64,000 nucleotides of DNA from Bacteroidota bacterium (GTDB lineage: Bacteria; Bacteroidota; Bacteroidia; Flavobacteriales; BACL11). Positions 1-8,538 of this stretch are shown here, piece by piece. The notes under the pieces were generated by a model, which saw nothing but the letters and a program-made list of their open reading frames with translations, did not search any database and was not told the origin of the DNA. Position numbers and translations under genes: made by a program. The stretch lies in assembly GCA_036337275.1 (NCBI GenBank), contig JAYZEM010000005.1, positions 807 through 64,806 on the forward strand, given 5' to 3'. Numbering within the stretch: the first letter of the stretch is position 1; each line of letters starts with the position of its first letter.

Positions 1-1050
1 CCAGCATCAGCAGTTATGGCTGGCATGGAAGTTGTAGTTACTCCTTGTGATGAGAGTGGAAATATTGATGTAGTGGCACTCAAAGAAAAAGCAGAACAGT
101 ATAAAGATAATCTAGCTGCTTTAATGGTCACCTATCCTTCAACACATGGTGTTTTTGAAGAATCAATACAAGAAGTAACAAATATAATACATCAAAATGG
201 AGGACAAGTTTATTTAGATGGCGCAAATATGAATGCGCAAGTTGGATACACCAATCCAGCCAAAGTTGGTGCAGATGTTTGTCATTTAAATTTGCATAAA
301 ACTTTTTCAATACCTCATGGTGGAGGCGGTCCAGGAGTAGGTCCAATAGGTGTAGTTGAACATCTGAAACCATTTTTACCATCTAACCCTATAGTATCTA
401 CAGGAGGAAAAAAAGCAATTAAAGGAATTTCTGCAGCTCCTTGGGGAAGCGCTTTAGTACTTACTATTTCTTATGCTTATATTAAAATGTTAGGGAAAGA
501 GGGGTTAAAAAAATCTACACAACTTGCAATATTAAATGCCAATTACATCAAATCAAAATTGGAAAAACATTATGCTATTTTATATGCTGGAGAAAAAGGA
601 AATGTAGCACATGAAATGATAGTTGATTTTAGGACATTTAAAAAAGAAGGTATAGAAGTAGTGGATGTTGCTAAACGATTGATGGACTATGGATTTCATG
701 CGCCAACAGTCTCTTTTCCTGTAGTAGGAACGCTTATGGTTGAACCAACAGAAAGTGAGAGTTTGGCAGAATTGGATCGTTTTTGTGATGCCATGATTGC
801 AATTAAGGGAGAGATAGATGAGGTAATGCACAAGAAAATACTCCCAGAAGAGAGTGTGCTAAAGAATGCGCCACATACCATTTTCACTTTAACTAATCAG
901 TGGCACTATCAGTATTCAAAAGAAAAAGCTGTTTTTCCATTACCCTATCTAAAATCAAATAAATTTTGGCCATCAGTTCGTAGGATTGATGATGCTTATG
1001 GAGACAGAAATTTACATTGTTCTTGTGCTCCGATTGAAGAGTACAGTTAA
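1..1050 (+). CDS. gcvP: Glycine dehydrogenase (decarboxylating), C-terminal portion; 5' end lies outside the window
   Basis: Open frame runs from the window edge. The translation ([62 protein letters not shown], ending [10 protein letters not shown]) matches the conserved PLP-lysine region and C-terminus of P-protein. Confidence 0.92.
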   Translation, partial: PASAVMAGMEVVVTPCDESGNIDVVALKEKAEQYKDNLAALMVTYPSTHGVFEESIQEVTNIIHQNGGQVYLDGANMNAQVGYTNPAKVGADVCHLNLHKTFSIPHGGGGPGVGPIGVVEHLKPFLPSNPIVSTGGKKAIKGISAAPWGSALVLTISYAYIKMLGKEGLKKSTQLAILNANYIKSKLEKHYAILYAGEKGNVAHEMIVDFRTFKKEGIEVVDVAKRLMDYGFHAPTVSFPVVGTLMVEPTESESLAELDRFCDAMIAIKGEIDEVMHKKILPEESVLKNAPHTIFTLTNQWHYQYSKEKAVFPLPYLKSNKFWPSVRRIDDAYGDRNLHCSCAPIEEYS

Positions 1051-1052
1051 TG

Positions 1053-2027
1053 TTATTTGATAAAGTGCAAAATAGCCAAAAGGGAACTTATTGAAACCAT
1101 CATCCAAAGCAGTAGGCCGTGCAGAAAGGGTTTTATTCCAATGGCTTTCATATTTTTTATAGACAGATTAGTTCCAATTAAAAACAAACTAATTTGCAGC
1201 CCTTTTTTACCAGCAGTTTTAATTGTAGAAAAACTATCAAACTCAGGATATCTTGAATTTAAAAACATAGCTAATAGAAAAAATATGATGAAGTAAGGAA
1301 AAGATAGTTTCTCATTTCCTTCTTTATAAAAATAAGCACCCAAAAAAACCAATGGCACAATAAATATCACTTTTGCTAGCTTTATTATTGTTGCTACTTT
1401 TTCTGCAATATCCCTATCAAATGCTTTATCAAAATCTAATGCTGATCCAATAGCGGAAGCTGTATCATGTATGCTAAGCCCTGCCCAAATACCAAATTGT
1501 TCTTGGCTTAAATTCAAATAATTCCCTAAAATTGGAAACAAAATAAGCCCAGATGCACTTAATATAAATACTGTTCCAAGTGCAACTGAGATTTGTTTGT
1601 CATTTGCCTTTATGCTTGATGCAATTGCCGCAATTGCAGAAGCGCCGCAAATTGCAGTCCCTGAAGAAATCATGTCACCTGTTTTATTGTCAACAGCAAA
1701 AAGTTTAGTAAGAAAAGCACCTACTACAATAGTGAGCAGAATAAAGATAATCACAAAATAAAAAGAAGAAGAAGAAAGCTCAGCAATAGCTGAAAGTGGA
1801 TAGCCAAAACCAATACCAACAACCGAGATTTTTAACAGGTTGGATGTGAAACTTCCACTTTTCCCCTCATAAGGATTGCCTAGAAGTATAGCAAAAATAA
1901 TCCCTAACACAAGCGCTTGCCAAGAAGTTATCCAACTAAAGCAAGAACAAACTGCTGACAATGCAATAATAGCTATCAGCCCAAAAAATAGGAGTTTTTT
2001 AAAAAAAAGAAGGTTGCTTTTATTCAA
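1053..2027 (-). CDS. YeiH/UPF0324-family integral membrane protein (putative sulfate exporter family)
   Basis: 324-aa polytopic membrane protein with the family-typical block SSGTAICGASAIAAIASS and GLSIHDTASAIGSA. Start codon at 2027 is TTG. Confidence 0.72.
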   Translation of the reverse strand: MNKSNLLFFKKLLFFGLIAIIALSAVCSCFSWITSWQALVLGIIFAILLGNPYEGKSGSFTSNLLKISVVGIGFGYPLSAIAELSSSSFYFVIIFILLTIVVGAFLTKLFAVDNKTGDMISSGTAICGASAIAAIASSIKANDKQISVALGTVFILSASGLILFPILGNYLNLSQEQFGIWAGLSIHDTASAIGSALDFDKAFDRDIAEKVATIIKLAKVIFIVPLVFLGAYFYKEGNEKLSFPYFIIFFLLAMFLNSRYPEFDSFSTIKTAGKKGLQISLFLIGTNLSIKNMKAIGIKPFLHGLLLWMMVSISSLLAILHFIK

Positions 2028-2128
2028 TGATTAGATTTTTTTCATAATAAAGTGCTATTATTTAGCGCGAAATTAATACAATTTTAAGCAAAACAACTTT
2101 ATTTTAAAAAAGTTCTTATCCGTTCAGA

Positions 2129-3529
2129 TTAAGCAAAAATTTTTCCAGGATTTAAAATTTTGTTAGGGTCAAATAGTTTCTTAATTCCTTTTTGAATTGC
2201 TATGTTTTTTTCGGAAAGCACAATATTCATATATTCTTTTTGAACCAAACCAATACCATGTTCGCCACTAATGGTCCCTCCCAAACTTTTTGTCAATTCA
2301 AAAATTTCTCTTATTCCAATAGTTAATTTGTTGTTCCAATCCTCATCTGACATACCTCCTTTTATAATGTTGATGTGCAAATTACCATCTCCAGCATGCC
2401 CATAGCATACCGACTGAAAACCATATATTTTTCCAATCGCCTTTACTCCTTTTAGCAGGCAAGCTAATTCTGCTCTAGGAACTACCGTATCTTCTTCTTT
2501 ATAAATGGAATTTACCTTTACAGCTTCTCCTACTGCCCGTCTTAATTTCCAAAGTTGATTTTTTTGATTTTCACTATCAGCTAATAGTATTTCGCCACAC
2601 TCATATTGCTGCATTACTTCTGCAATCCTCTCGCAATCTTTATAGAGCAAATCCATATCATTCCCATCAACTTCAACTAAAAGATGGGCTTGAACATTAT
2701 CAGCAATTTGCATCTCAATATCTGTGTATTTCAAAGTCCAATCAATAGCATCACGCTCAATAAACTCTAATGCAGAAGGCGTAATTCCTGCACGAAAAAC
2801 TGCTGAAACCGCCTCACAAGCTTTTTCAGCTGAACTAAAAGGAACAAGCATACTTACATCTTTTGTTGGGTGCGGAATCAGTTTAAATACAATTTTAGTG
2901 ATTATGCCAAGGGTTCCCTCACTTCCAATCATTAGTTGCGTAAGATTATATCCTGTAGAGTTTTTCAATACATTGGCTCCTGTCCAAATAATTTCTCCAG
3001 TTGGCAAAACAACTTCTAAATTCAGTACATAATCTTTAGTGACGCCATACTTTAGCGCTTTAGGTCCTCCTGCATTTTCAGCCAAATTTCCTCCTAATTG
3101 ACAGCTTCCTTTACTGGCAGGATCTGGAGGATAAAAAAGTCCTTTTTTCTTCACTTTATCCCTAAACAGTTGGTTAATCACTCCAGGCTCAACAGTAGAT
3201 TGCAGGCTTCTTTCATCTATTTCAATAATAGTGTTAAATCTTTCCATAGTTAAAGCAATACCACCAAAAATAGGTAAACTTCCACCGCTTAATCCTGTTC
3301 TAGCTCCACAAGGAGTAAGTGCTATCTTCTTTTTATTGCAATAGGATAATATATCTGCTACTTCTTTAGCTGTTCTTGGCTTTACTATTACCTCAGGAAG
3401 AAAAGATAAATCTTCAGTCTCGTCATGGCTATATTCATCTAATTTTTCTTCATCAGTCAGAACATAATAGTCACCTACAATTTCTTTTAAAATTGCTAAA
3501 TCATCAATATCGATTTTCTTGTATTCCAC
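2129..3529 (-). CDS. FAD-linked oxidase (GlcD / D-lactate dehydrogenase family)
   Basis: FAD_binding_4-type N-domain (VVKPRTAKEVADILSYC, TPCGARTGLSGGS) and C-terminal GHAGDGNLH and GTISGEHGIG motifs. The track ORF extends to 3652 and overlaps the divergent DPP-IV gene. I trimmed it to the GTG at 3529 (VEYKKIDIDDL...), which fits the usual family N-terminus. The exact start is uncertain. Confidence 0.8.
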   Translation of the reverse strand: MEYKKIDIDDLAILKEIVGDYYVLTDEEKLDEYSHDETEDLSFLPEVIVKPRTAKEVADILSYCNKKKIALTPCGARTGLSGGSLPIFGGIALTMERFNTIIEIDERSLQSTVEPGVINQLFRDKVKKKGLFYPPDPASKGSCQLGGNLAENAGGPKALKYGVTKDYVLNLEVVLPTGEIIWTGANVLKNSTGYNLTQLMIGSEGTLGIITKIVFKLIPHPTKDVSMLVPFSSAEKACEAVSAVFRAGITPSALEFIERDAIDWTLKYTDIEMQIADNVQAHLLVEVDGNDMDLLYKDCERIAEVMQQYECGEILLADSENQKNQLWKLRRAVGEAVKVNSIYKEEDTVVPRAELACLLKGVKAIGKIYGFQSVCYGHAGDGNLHINIIKGGMSDEDWNNKLTIGIREIFELTKSLGGTISGEHGIGLVQKEYMNIVLSEKNIAIQKGIKKLFDPNKILNPGKIFA

Positions 3530-3581
3530 TTGCACAAATTTAATTAAATTCGCCACTGCTAATTTATACTTCAAACACAAA

Positions 3582-5735
3582 ATGAAAAAATTACTAACAC
3601 TTTTAATCGGACTTTGCTTAGTTAATTCAGCTTTTGCACAAAATAGAGACATTACCTTAGACGATTTATGGAAGAATTACGCTTTTTACCCTAAAAGTGT
3701 TGGAGGGTTCAACTCTATGAATGATGATGAACATTATTCAACAATGGAAAAAACTGATGAAGGACAAGCAATTGTAAAATACAAATTCAAAAATGGTAAA
3801 AAAGTCCGTATCCTTTTTAAGAGTAGTGATTTTGAGATACCTAAAGTAAATTATTATACCTTTAGTGAAGATGAAAAGCAAATTTTACTTGCTACAGAAA
3901 CCCAAAGCATTTATCGCCATTCTTCAAAATCCGTTTATTATATATATAATGTTTTTACCGATAAATTAAAGAAGTTGAGAGATGAGAAGGTTATGTATGC
4001 AACTTTCTCAAGAAAAGGAGATAAAGTAGCGTATGTTCTTGAGAACAACCTTTTCATTCAAGATATTAAAAGTACAAAAGTGACTGCAGTAACTACAGAT
4101 GGAAAAAAAAATCATATAATAAATGGAGCTTCTGATTGGGTTTATGAAGAGGAATTTGCATTAGTTCGTTCCTTTGAATGGGCGCCTGACGGAAAACACA
4201 TTGCCTATTATAAATTTGATGAAAGCCATGTCAAAGAGTTCTCTATGGATTTATTCAAAGGCGGACTATACCCCACCCAAGAGGTTTTTAAATATCCTAA
4301 AGCTGGTGAAGACAACTCAGTGGTGAGGGTTTATATTTATAATCTAGAAAATAAGAAAAACAGCTATATCTATACTGAAAAGGATTACGAATACATCCCC
4401 AGAATAAAATGGACTAATGATGCTAATGTTTTGGCATTATACGGAATGAATCGTCATCAAAATGAGTTGGACTTTATTTTAGCAAATGCTAGTGATGGAA
4501 GCAATAAAGTTTTATTTACAGAAAAAGATAAATATTATGTTGACATCCATGATAACTTAACTTTCTTGCCAGAAGGAAATTTCATTTGGACTTCAGAAAA
4601 AGATGGGTTTAATCATATTTATATAAAAGGATTAGATGGTTCGGAGGATCAAATCACTAATGGAGACTGGGAGGTAACAGATTTTCATGGAGTAGATTCA
4701 GATAAAATGCAATTCTATTACAGTTCAACTGAAGATGGTTCAATTAACCGCTCGCTTTATGTTCAGGATCTTGAAACTGGTGAGAAAAGAAAACTGTCAA
4801 CTAAAAAGGGAACAAATTCAACTTCATTCAGTAAAGGATTAAAATATTATATGAATTCATATTCTAATGCAAATACCGCTCCAGTATTTACTCTACATAC
4901 TTCCAGTGGAGAACAAATAAAGGTTTTGGAAGACAACATTGAATTTAATAAAAAAATGGAAGAGTTTAATCTTACAGATAAAGAGATATTTACAATTAAA
5001 ACAGAAGATGCAGAACTTAATGCCTGGATGATAAAGCCTCCAAACTTTGATAAAAATAAAGCATATCCAATGTATATGTTCTTATATGGTGGTCCTGGAT
5101 CACAACAAGTAAAAAATAGTTTTGGTTGGACAAATTATTATTGGTATCAGATGCTTGCTCAAAAAGGATTTATAATTGCATGTGTGGATAATAGAGGTAC
5201 TGGAGGAAAAGGTTCAGAATTTAAGAAAATGACCTATAAAGAACTAGGAAAATATGAAATCATTGATCAAATAAATGCTGCAAAGTATTTTGGATCACTA
5301 TCATATATCGATAAAGATCGTATTGGAATACAAGGGTGGAGTTATGGAGGATACATGTCATCCTTAGCCATCACAAAAGGAGCAGAGATATTTAGTTTAG
5401 CTATTGCTGTGGCTCCTGTGACTAGTTGGAGATATTATGATAATATTTACACTGAACGATATATGCAAACACCTCAGGAGAATCCAAGTGGATATGATGA
5501 CAACTCTCCAATTAATCATGTAGATAAACTAAAAGGTGATTATCTACTTATACATGGAAGTGCAGATGATAATGTTCACGTTCAAAATACATATGAAATG
5601 ACCTCAGCTCTTGTAAAAGCAAATAAACAATTTGAATTGTTTATTTATCCTGATAGAAATCATGGTATTTATGGAGGCAATACTCGATATCATCTTTATA
5701 AAAAAATGACAGAGTTTATTTTAGATAATTTATAA
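3582..5735 (+). CDS. Dipeptidyl-peptidase IV (S9B prolyl oligopeptidase family), secreted
   Basis: Signal peptide MKKLLTLLIGLCLVNSAFAQ. N-terminal DPPIV beta-propeller-like region (ASDWVYEEEF). C-terminal alpha/beta hydrolase with nucleophile elbow GWSYGGY, HGSADDNVH and a DRNHGI triad context. Track start 3519 (TTG) rejected as a 5' extension. Confidence 0.92.
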   Translation: MKKLLTLLIGLCLVNSAFAQNRDITLDDLWKNYAFYPKSVGGFNSMNDDEHYSTMEKTDEGQAIVKYKFKNGKKVRILFKSSDFEIPKVNYYTFSEDEKQILLATETQSIYRHSSKSVYYIYNVFTDKLKKLRDEKVMYATFSRKGDKVAYVLENNLFIQDIKSTKVTAVTTDGKKNHIINGASDWVYEEEFALVRSFEWAPDGKHIAYYKFDESHVKEFSMDLFKGGLYPTQEVFKYPKAGEDNSVVRVYIYNLENKKNSYIYTEKDYEYIPRIKWTNDANVLALYGMNRHQNELDFILANASDGSNKVLFTEKDKYYVDIHDNLTFLPEGNFIWTSEKDGFNHIYIKGLDGSEDQITNGDWEVTDFHGVDSDKMQFYYSSTEDGSINRSLYVQDLETGEKRKLSTKKGTNSTSFSKGLKYYMNSYSNANTAPVFTLHTSSGEQIKVLEDNIEFNKKMEEFNLTDKEIFTIKTEDAELNAWMIKPPNFDKNKAYPMYMFLYGGPGSQQVKNSFGWTNYYWYQMLAQKGFIIACVDNRGTGGKGSEFKKMTYKELGKYEIIDQINAAKYFGSLSYIDKDRIGIQGWSYGGYMSSLAITKGAEIFSLAIAVAPVTSWRYYDNIYTERYMQTPQENPSGYDDNSPINHVDKLKGDYLLIHGSADDNVHVQNTYEMTSALVKANKQFELFIYPDRNHGIYGGNTRYHLYKKMTEFILDNL

Positions 5736-5781
5736 AAGAAAATTTAGTATTTTCGGCAATCAATTTTAAAGTCTAAAAAAT

Positions 5782-7383
5782 ATGGGACAAATTATAGGAT
5801 ACATTCTCTTTACAATTATAGCTGTATTAGGGGCAAAACGGTTTATAGAAAAGGACGGCCATCCTAAGGCTCTTTTCTATCTGTTTTTCGCAGAGATGTG
5901 GGAAAGATTTAGTTTTTATGGAATGAGAGCATTACTTGTTTTATATATTATTAAAGATTATATGTCTAGCGTGGAAAACAATGAAGAAATTGCATATGGT
6001 ATTTATGCCGCATATGGTGCATTGGTATACGCTACACCTTTACTTGGCGGCTTCTTTGCAGATCGCTTTATAGGATATAGAAAAGCCATTATGCTCGGTG
6101 GGGTTTTGATGGCTGTAGGACATTTTTTCATGGCATTTCCAAGTGACTTCTTCTTTTATGGAGCACTTGGATTGCTGATTGCAGGAAATGGATTTTTTAA
6201 GCCTAATATTTCATCTTTAGTAGGATCTCTTTATAAAGAAGGTGATATAAAAAGAGATTCTGGTTTTACAATATTCTACATGGGTATAAATTTAGGTGCT
6301 GCAGTAGCACCACTACTATGTGGTTATATTGGAGAGATGTGGGGATGGCATTATGGATTTGGGTTAGCGGGTGTAGGTATGTTAGCGGGTGTAGTTGTAT
6401 TTTGGGATGGTATAAAAAAAGGTGTATTTGGCGATAAGGGATTGCAACCAGTTCAATATAAAGAAAGGAAATTTTTTAATCTAAATATTGATAAACTAAT
6501 ATATGTTTTTGCATGTCTTATTGTTCCGATCTTTGCATATTTGATTATTCTTGAAGCTGGAGGGACTCAATTTTTGGGTACAATAATAAATATACTATTA
6601 GTGATTTCTGTGGGTTATGCTGGTTACCTAATGTATGAGAATTATAGAGATGGTCAGTCAGCAGCAGCAAACAAGATTGGATCAATTCTAATACTGGCAG
6701 TACTTTGTGCTGTATTTTGGGCTTGTTTTGAGCAGGCAGGAAGTTCCTTGGTAGTATGGGCAGACAAGTGTATTGATTTGAAATTTATGGTTGCATCTCA
6801 AACGAATGCAATTAATCCAGGATACATTATTTTCCTTGCATTCCCTTTCGCGCTATTATGGGAGAAACTTGATCTATGGGGAGCAAACCCCAATACGGCT
6901 AAAAAGTTTGCAATGGGTATTGGGTTTCTAGGACTGGGTTTTCTGGTATTCGCCTATAGTATTAACTTTATTAATGAGGCTGGAAAATTACCATTTTCAA
7001 CACTATGGATTGGATGGCTGCTAATCACTACTGGAGAGTTATGCCTTTCACCTATCGGATTGTCTAAAGTGACACAATTGAGTCCTAAGAAATCTGTAGG
7101 ATTTTTTATGGGTCTTTGGTTTTTATCATCTACAGTGGCACATTATATTGCAGGAGCATTAGCAAAACTAACTACAAGTGGTCAAACAACAAGTTCAGAA
7201 GGATTATTAGGTAAATTAAATAGTATGTTGTTTAGTGGTGTTGACGCTAATGCACAAGGTGTTGCAGAAGCAATGATATATAATGATTTGTTTGGAAAGA
7301 TAGGATTTGTTACTATAGGAATTGCTCTTGTTACACTTCTTATTTCTCCGATAATTAAAAAATTAATGCACGATATTCACTAA
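5782..7383 (+). CDS. Proton-dependent oligopeptide transporter (POT/PTR2 family, DtpT-like)
   Basis: ExxER-type motif FAEMWERFSFYGMRALLVLY and the PTR2 signature GGFFADRFIGYRKAI. About 14 predicted TM segments. Confidence 0.9.
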   Translation: MGQIIGYILFTIIAVLGAKRFIEKDGHPKALFYLFFAEMWERFSFYGMRALLVLYIIKDYMSSVENNEEIAYGIYAAYGALVYATPLLGGFFADRFIGYRKAIMLGGVLMAVGHFFMAFPSDFFFYGALGLLIAGNGFFKPNISSLVGSLYKEGDIKRDSGFTIFYMGINLGAAVAPLLCGYIGEMWGWHYGFGLAGVGMLAGVVVFWDGIKKGVFGDKGLQPVQYKERKFFNLNIDKLIYVFACLIVPIFAYLIILEAGGTQFLGTIINILLVISVGYAGYLMYENYRDGQSAAANKIGSILILAVLCAVFWACFEQAGSSLVVWADKCIDLKFMVASQTNAINPGYIIFLAFPFALLWEKLDLWGANPNTAKKFAMGIGFLGLGFLVFAYSINFINEAGKLPFSTLWIGWLLITTGELCLSPIGLSKVTQLSPKKSVGFFMGLWFLSSTVAHYIAGALAKLTTSGQTTSSEGLLGKLNSMLFSGVDANAQGVAEAMIYNDLFGKIGFVTIGIALVTLLISPIIKKLMHDIH

Positions 7384-7393
7384 TACAAAAAAA

Positions 7394-7861
7394 ATGAAAC
7401 ATTTATTAACAGTAGTATTAATAGCATTTTCTCTTAACGGATTTACACAACAGAAGCCATTGGAATGGCATACTGATGTAAATCAAGCAATAAAATTATC
7501 TGTAGAAACTGGTAATCCACTGCTTTTCTTTTTTACAGGTAGTGATTGGTGTGGTTGGTGCAAACGCCTGCAAAAAGAAGTTTTTTTTAAGCCAGAATTT
7601 AGTAGTTGGGCAAATAAAAATGTGATTTTAGTTGAACTGGACTTTCCAAGAAGAACCCAACTTTCTGTTGAGTTGCAAAAACAAAACAGAGAACTTCAGC
7701 AATTATTTGGCGTAAGGGGTTATCCTACCATTTGGTTTGTCACTCCAGAAATTCAAGAAAGCAAAGTGAATTTCAAAAAGTTAGGCTCACAAGGATATGT
7801 TGCTGGTGGCCCTACTGCCTGGATTGCGGGAGCAAATAAATTTATCAAGCCCAAAAAATGA
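7394..7861 (+). CDS. Secreted thioredoxin-fold protein (Thioredoxin_7/DUF255-like), CxxC = CGWC
   Basis: N-terminal signal-like segment MKHLLTVVLIAFSLNGFTQ. Active-site block FFFTGSDWCGWCKRL, and RGYPT (cis-Pro loop). Confidence 0.7.
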   Translation: MKHLLTVVLIAFSLNGFTQQKPLEWHTDVNQAIKLSVETGNPLLFFFTGSDWCGWCKRLQKEVFFKPEFSSWANKNVILVELDFPRRTQLSVELQKQNRELQQLFGVRGYPTIWFVTPEIQESKVNFKKLGSQGYVAGGPTAWIAGANKFIKPKK

Positions 7862-8349
7862 AACAATTAGCAGTTGTTTTATGCTTTTCTTTTCTCAGCT
7901 TTTCTTCCTTTTCTCAAGGAGAGGTAAAAACAGAAATTCAATGGTTAAGTATTGAGAAAGCAGAAGTGTTAGCAGAAAAATACAAAAGCGATATGCTTAT
8001 TTTTTTCTTTAGAGATGGTTGTCCTGAATGCAAAAGAATGAAAGCAGAGACACTCAAGAATTCTGAAATTATAAAGATAATTAATGAAAACTTCTTCCCT
8101 GTAATACTAGATGCTCGAACAAAAGATACGCTTGAGTTTAATGGAAAAAAGTATTTTAACCAACAACCTAAGGAACACGGAAAAAGTTTTCGACACGACT
8201 TGTATCATGAATTGGTAAAAGATGGTCAGCATCAGTATGTCTATCCTTATATTATAATTATAAATGGGCAGCATCATGTTACTAATTACCTTCCTGGATT
8301 CTTCCCAAAAGAACGCTTAAAAAGAAGTTTACAAAAACTATTAAAATAA
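7858..8349 (+). CDS. Secreted thioredoxin-fold-like protein, CxxC = CPEC
   Basis: Signal-like N-terminus MKQLAVVLCFSFLSFSSFSQ and the block LIFFFRDGCPECKRM. Its ATG overlaps the upstream stop (ATGA), which suggests translational coupling with 7394..7861. Confidence 0.6.
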   Translation: MKQLAVVLCFSFLSFSSFSQGEVKTEIQWLSIEKAEVLAEKYKSDMLIFFFRDGCPECKRMKAETLKNSEIIKIINENFFPVILDARTKDTLEFNGKKYFNQQPKEHGKSFRHDLYHELVKDGQHQYVYPYIIIINGQHHVTNYLPGFFPKERLKRSLQKLLK

Positions 8350-8350
8350 A

Positions 8351-8380
8351 AAAAGGAGCCATATAACTCCCTTCTTTTTG
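8351..8380. terminator. Weak bidirectional hairpin between the thioredoxin-like gene (+) and tRNA-His (-)
   Basis: GGAG...CTCC stem (aaaaaGGAGccatataaCTCCcttcttttt) flanked by an A-run and a T-run on both strands. The stem is short, so this is a low-confidence call. Confidence 0.3.
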
Positions 8381-8455
<75 letters not shown>

Positions 8456-8522
8456 ATTTTTTCGGCTGCAAATATAAATATTTGACACATATAACGATAC
8501 TATATTGTAAAGTAAAATGCAG

Positions 8523-8530
8523 TATATTTG
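8523..8530 (+). promoter_or_regulatory. Bacteroidota -7 promoter box TATATTTG upstream of copA
   Basis: Exact match to TAnnTTTG, 8 nt before the copA ATG (8539). By rough base-composition reasoning the motif occurs by chance about once per 1.5 kb per strand at this composition, so this is suggestive only. Confidence 0.4.
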
Positions 8531-8538
8531 TTTCCGAG

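Noticed and set aside
3535-3542. TAAATTTG (minus strand) as the promoter of the GlcD-like gene
   Set aside because: The box overlaps or abuts the only plausible start codons (GTG 3535 and 3529). That would leave no room for a transcript 5' end upstream of the coding region. It is probably a chance match in AT-rich DNA.
3519-3652. Apparent 134-nt overlap of the divergent GlcD-like and DPP-IV track ORFs
   Set aside because: This is an artefact of longest-ORF calling. DPP-IV has a clean signal peptide starting at ATG 3582, and the GlcD-like family N-terminus aligns with the GTG at 3529.
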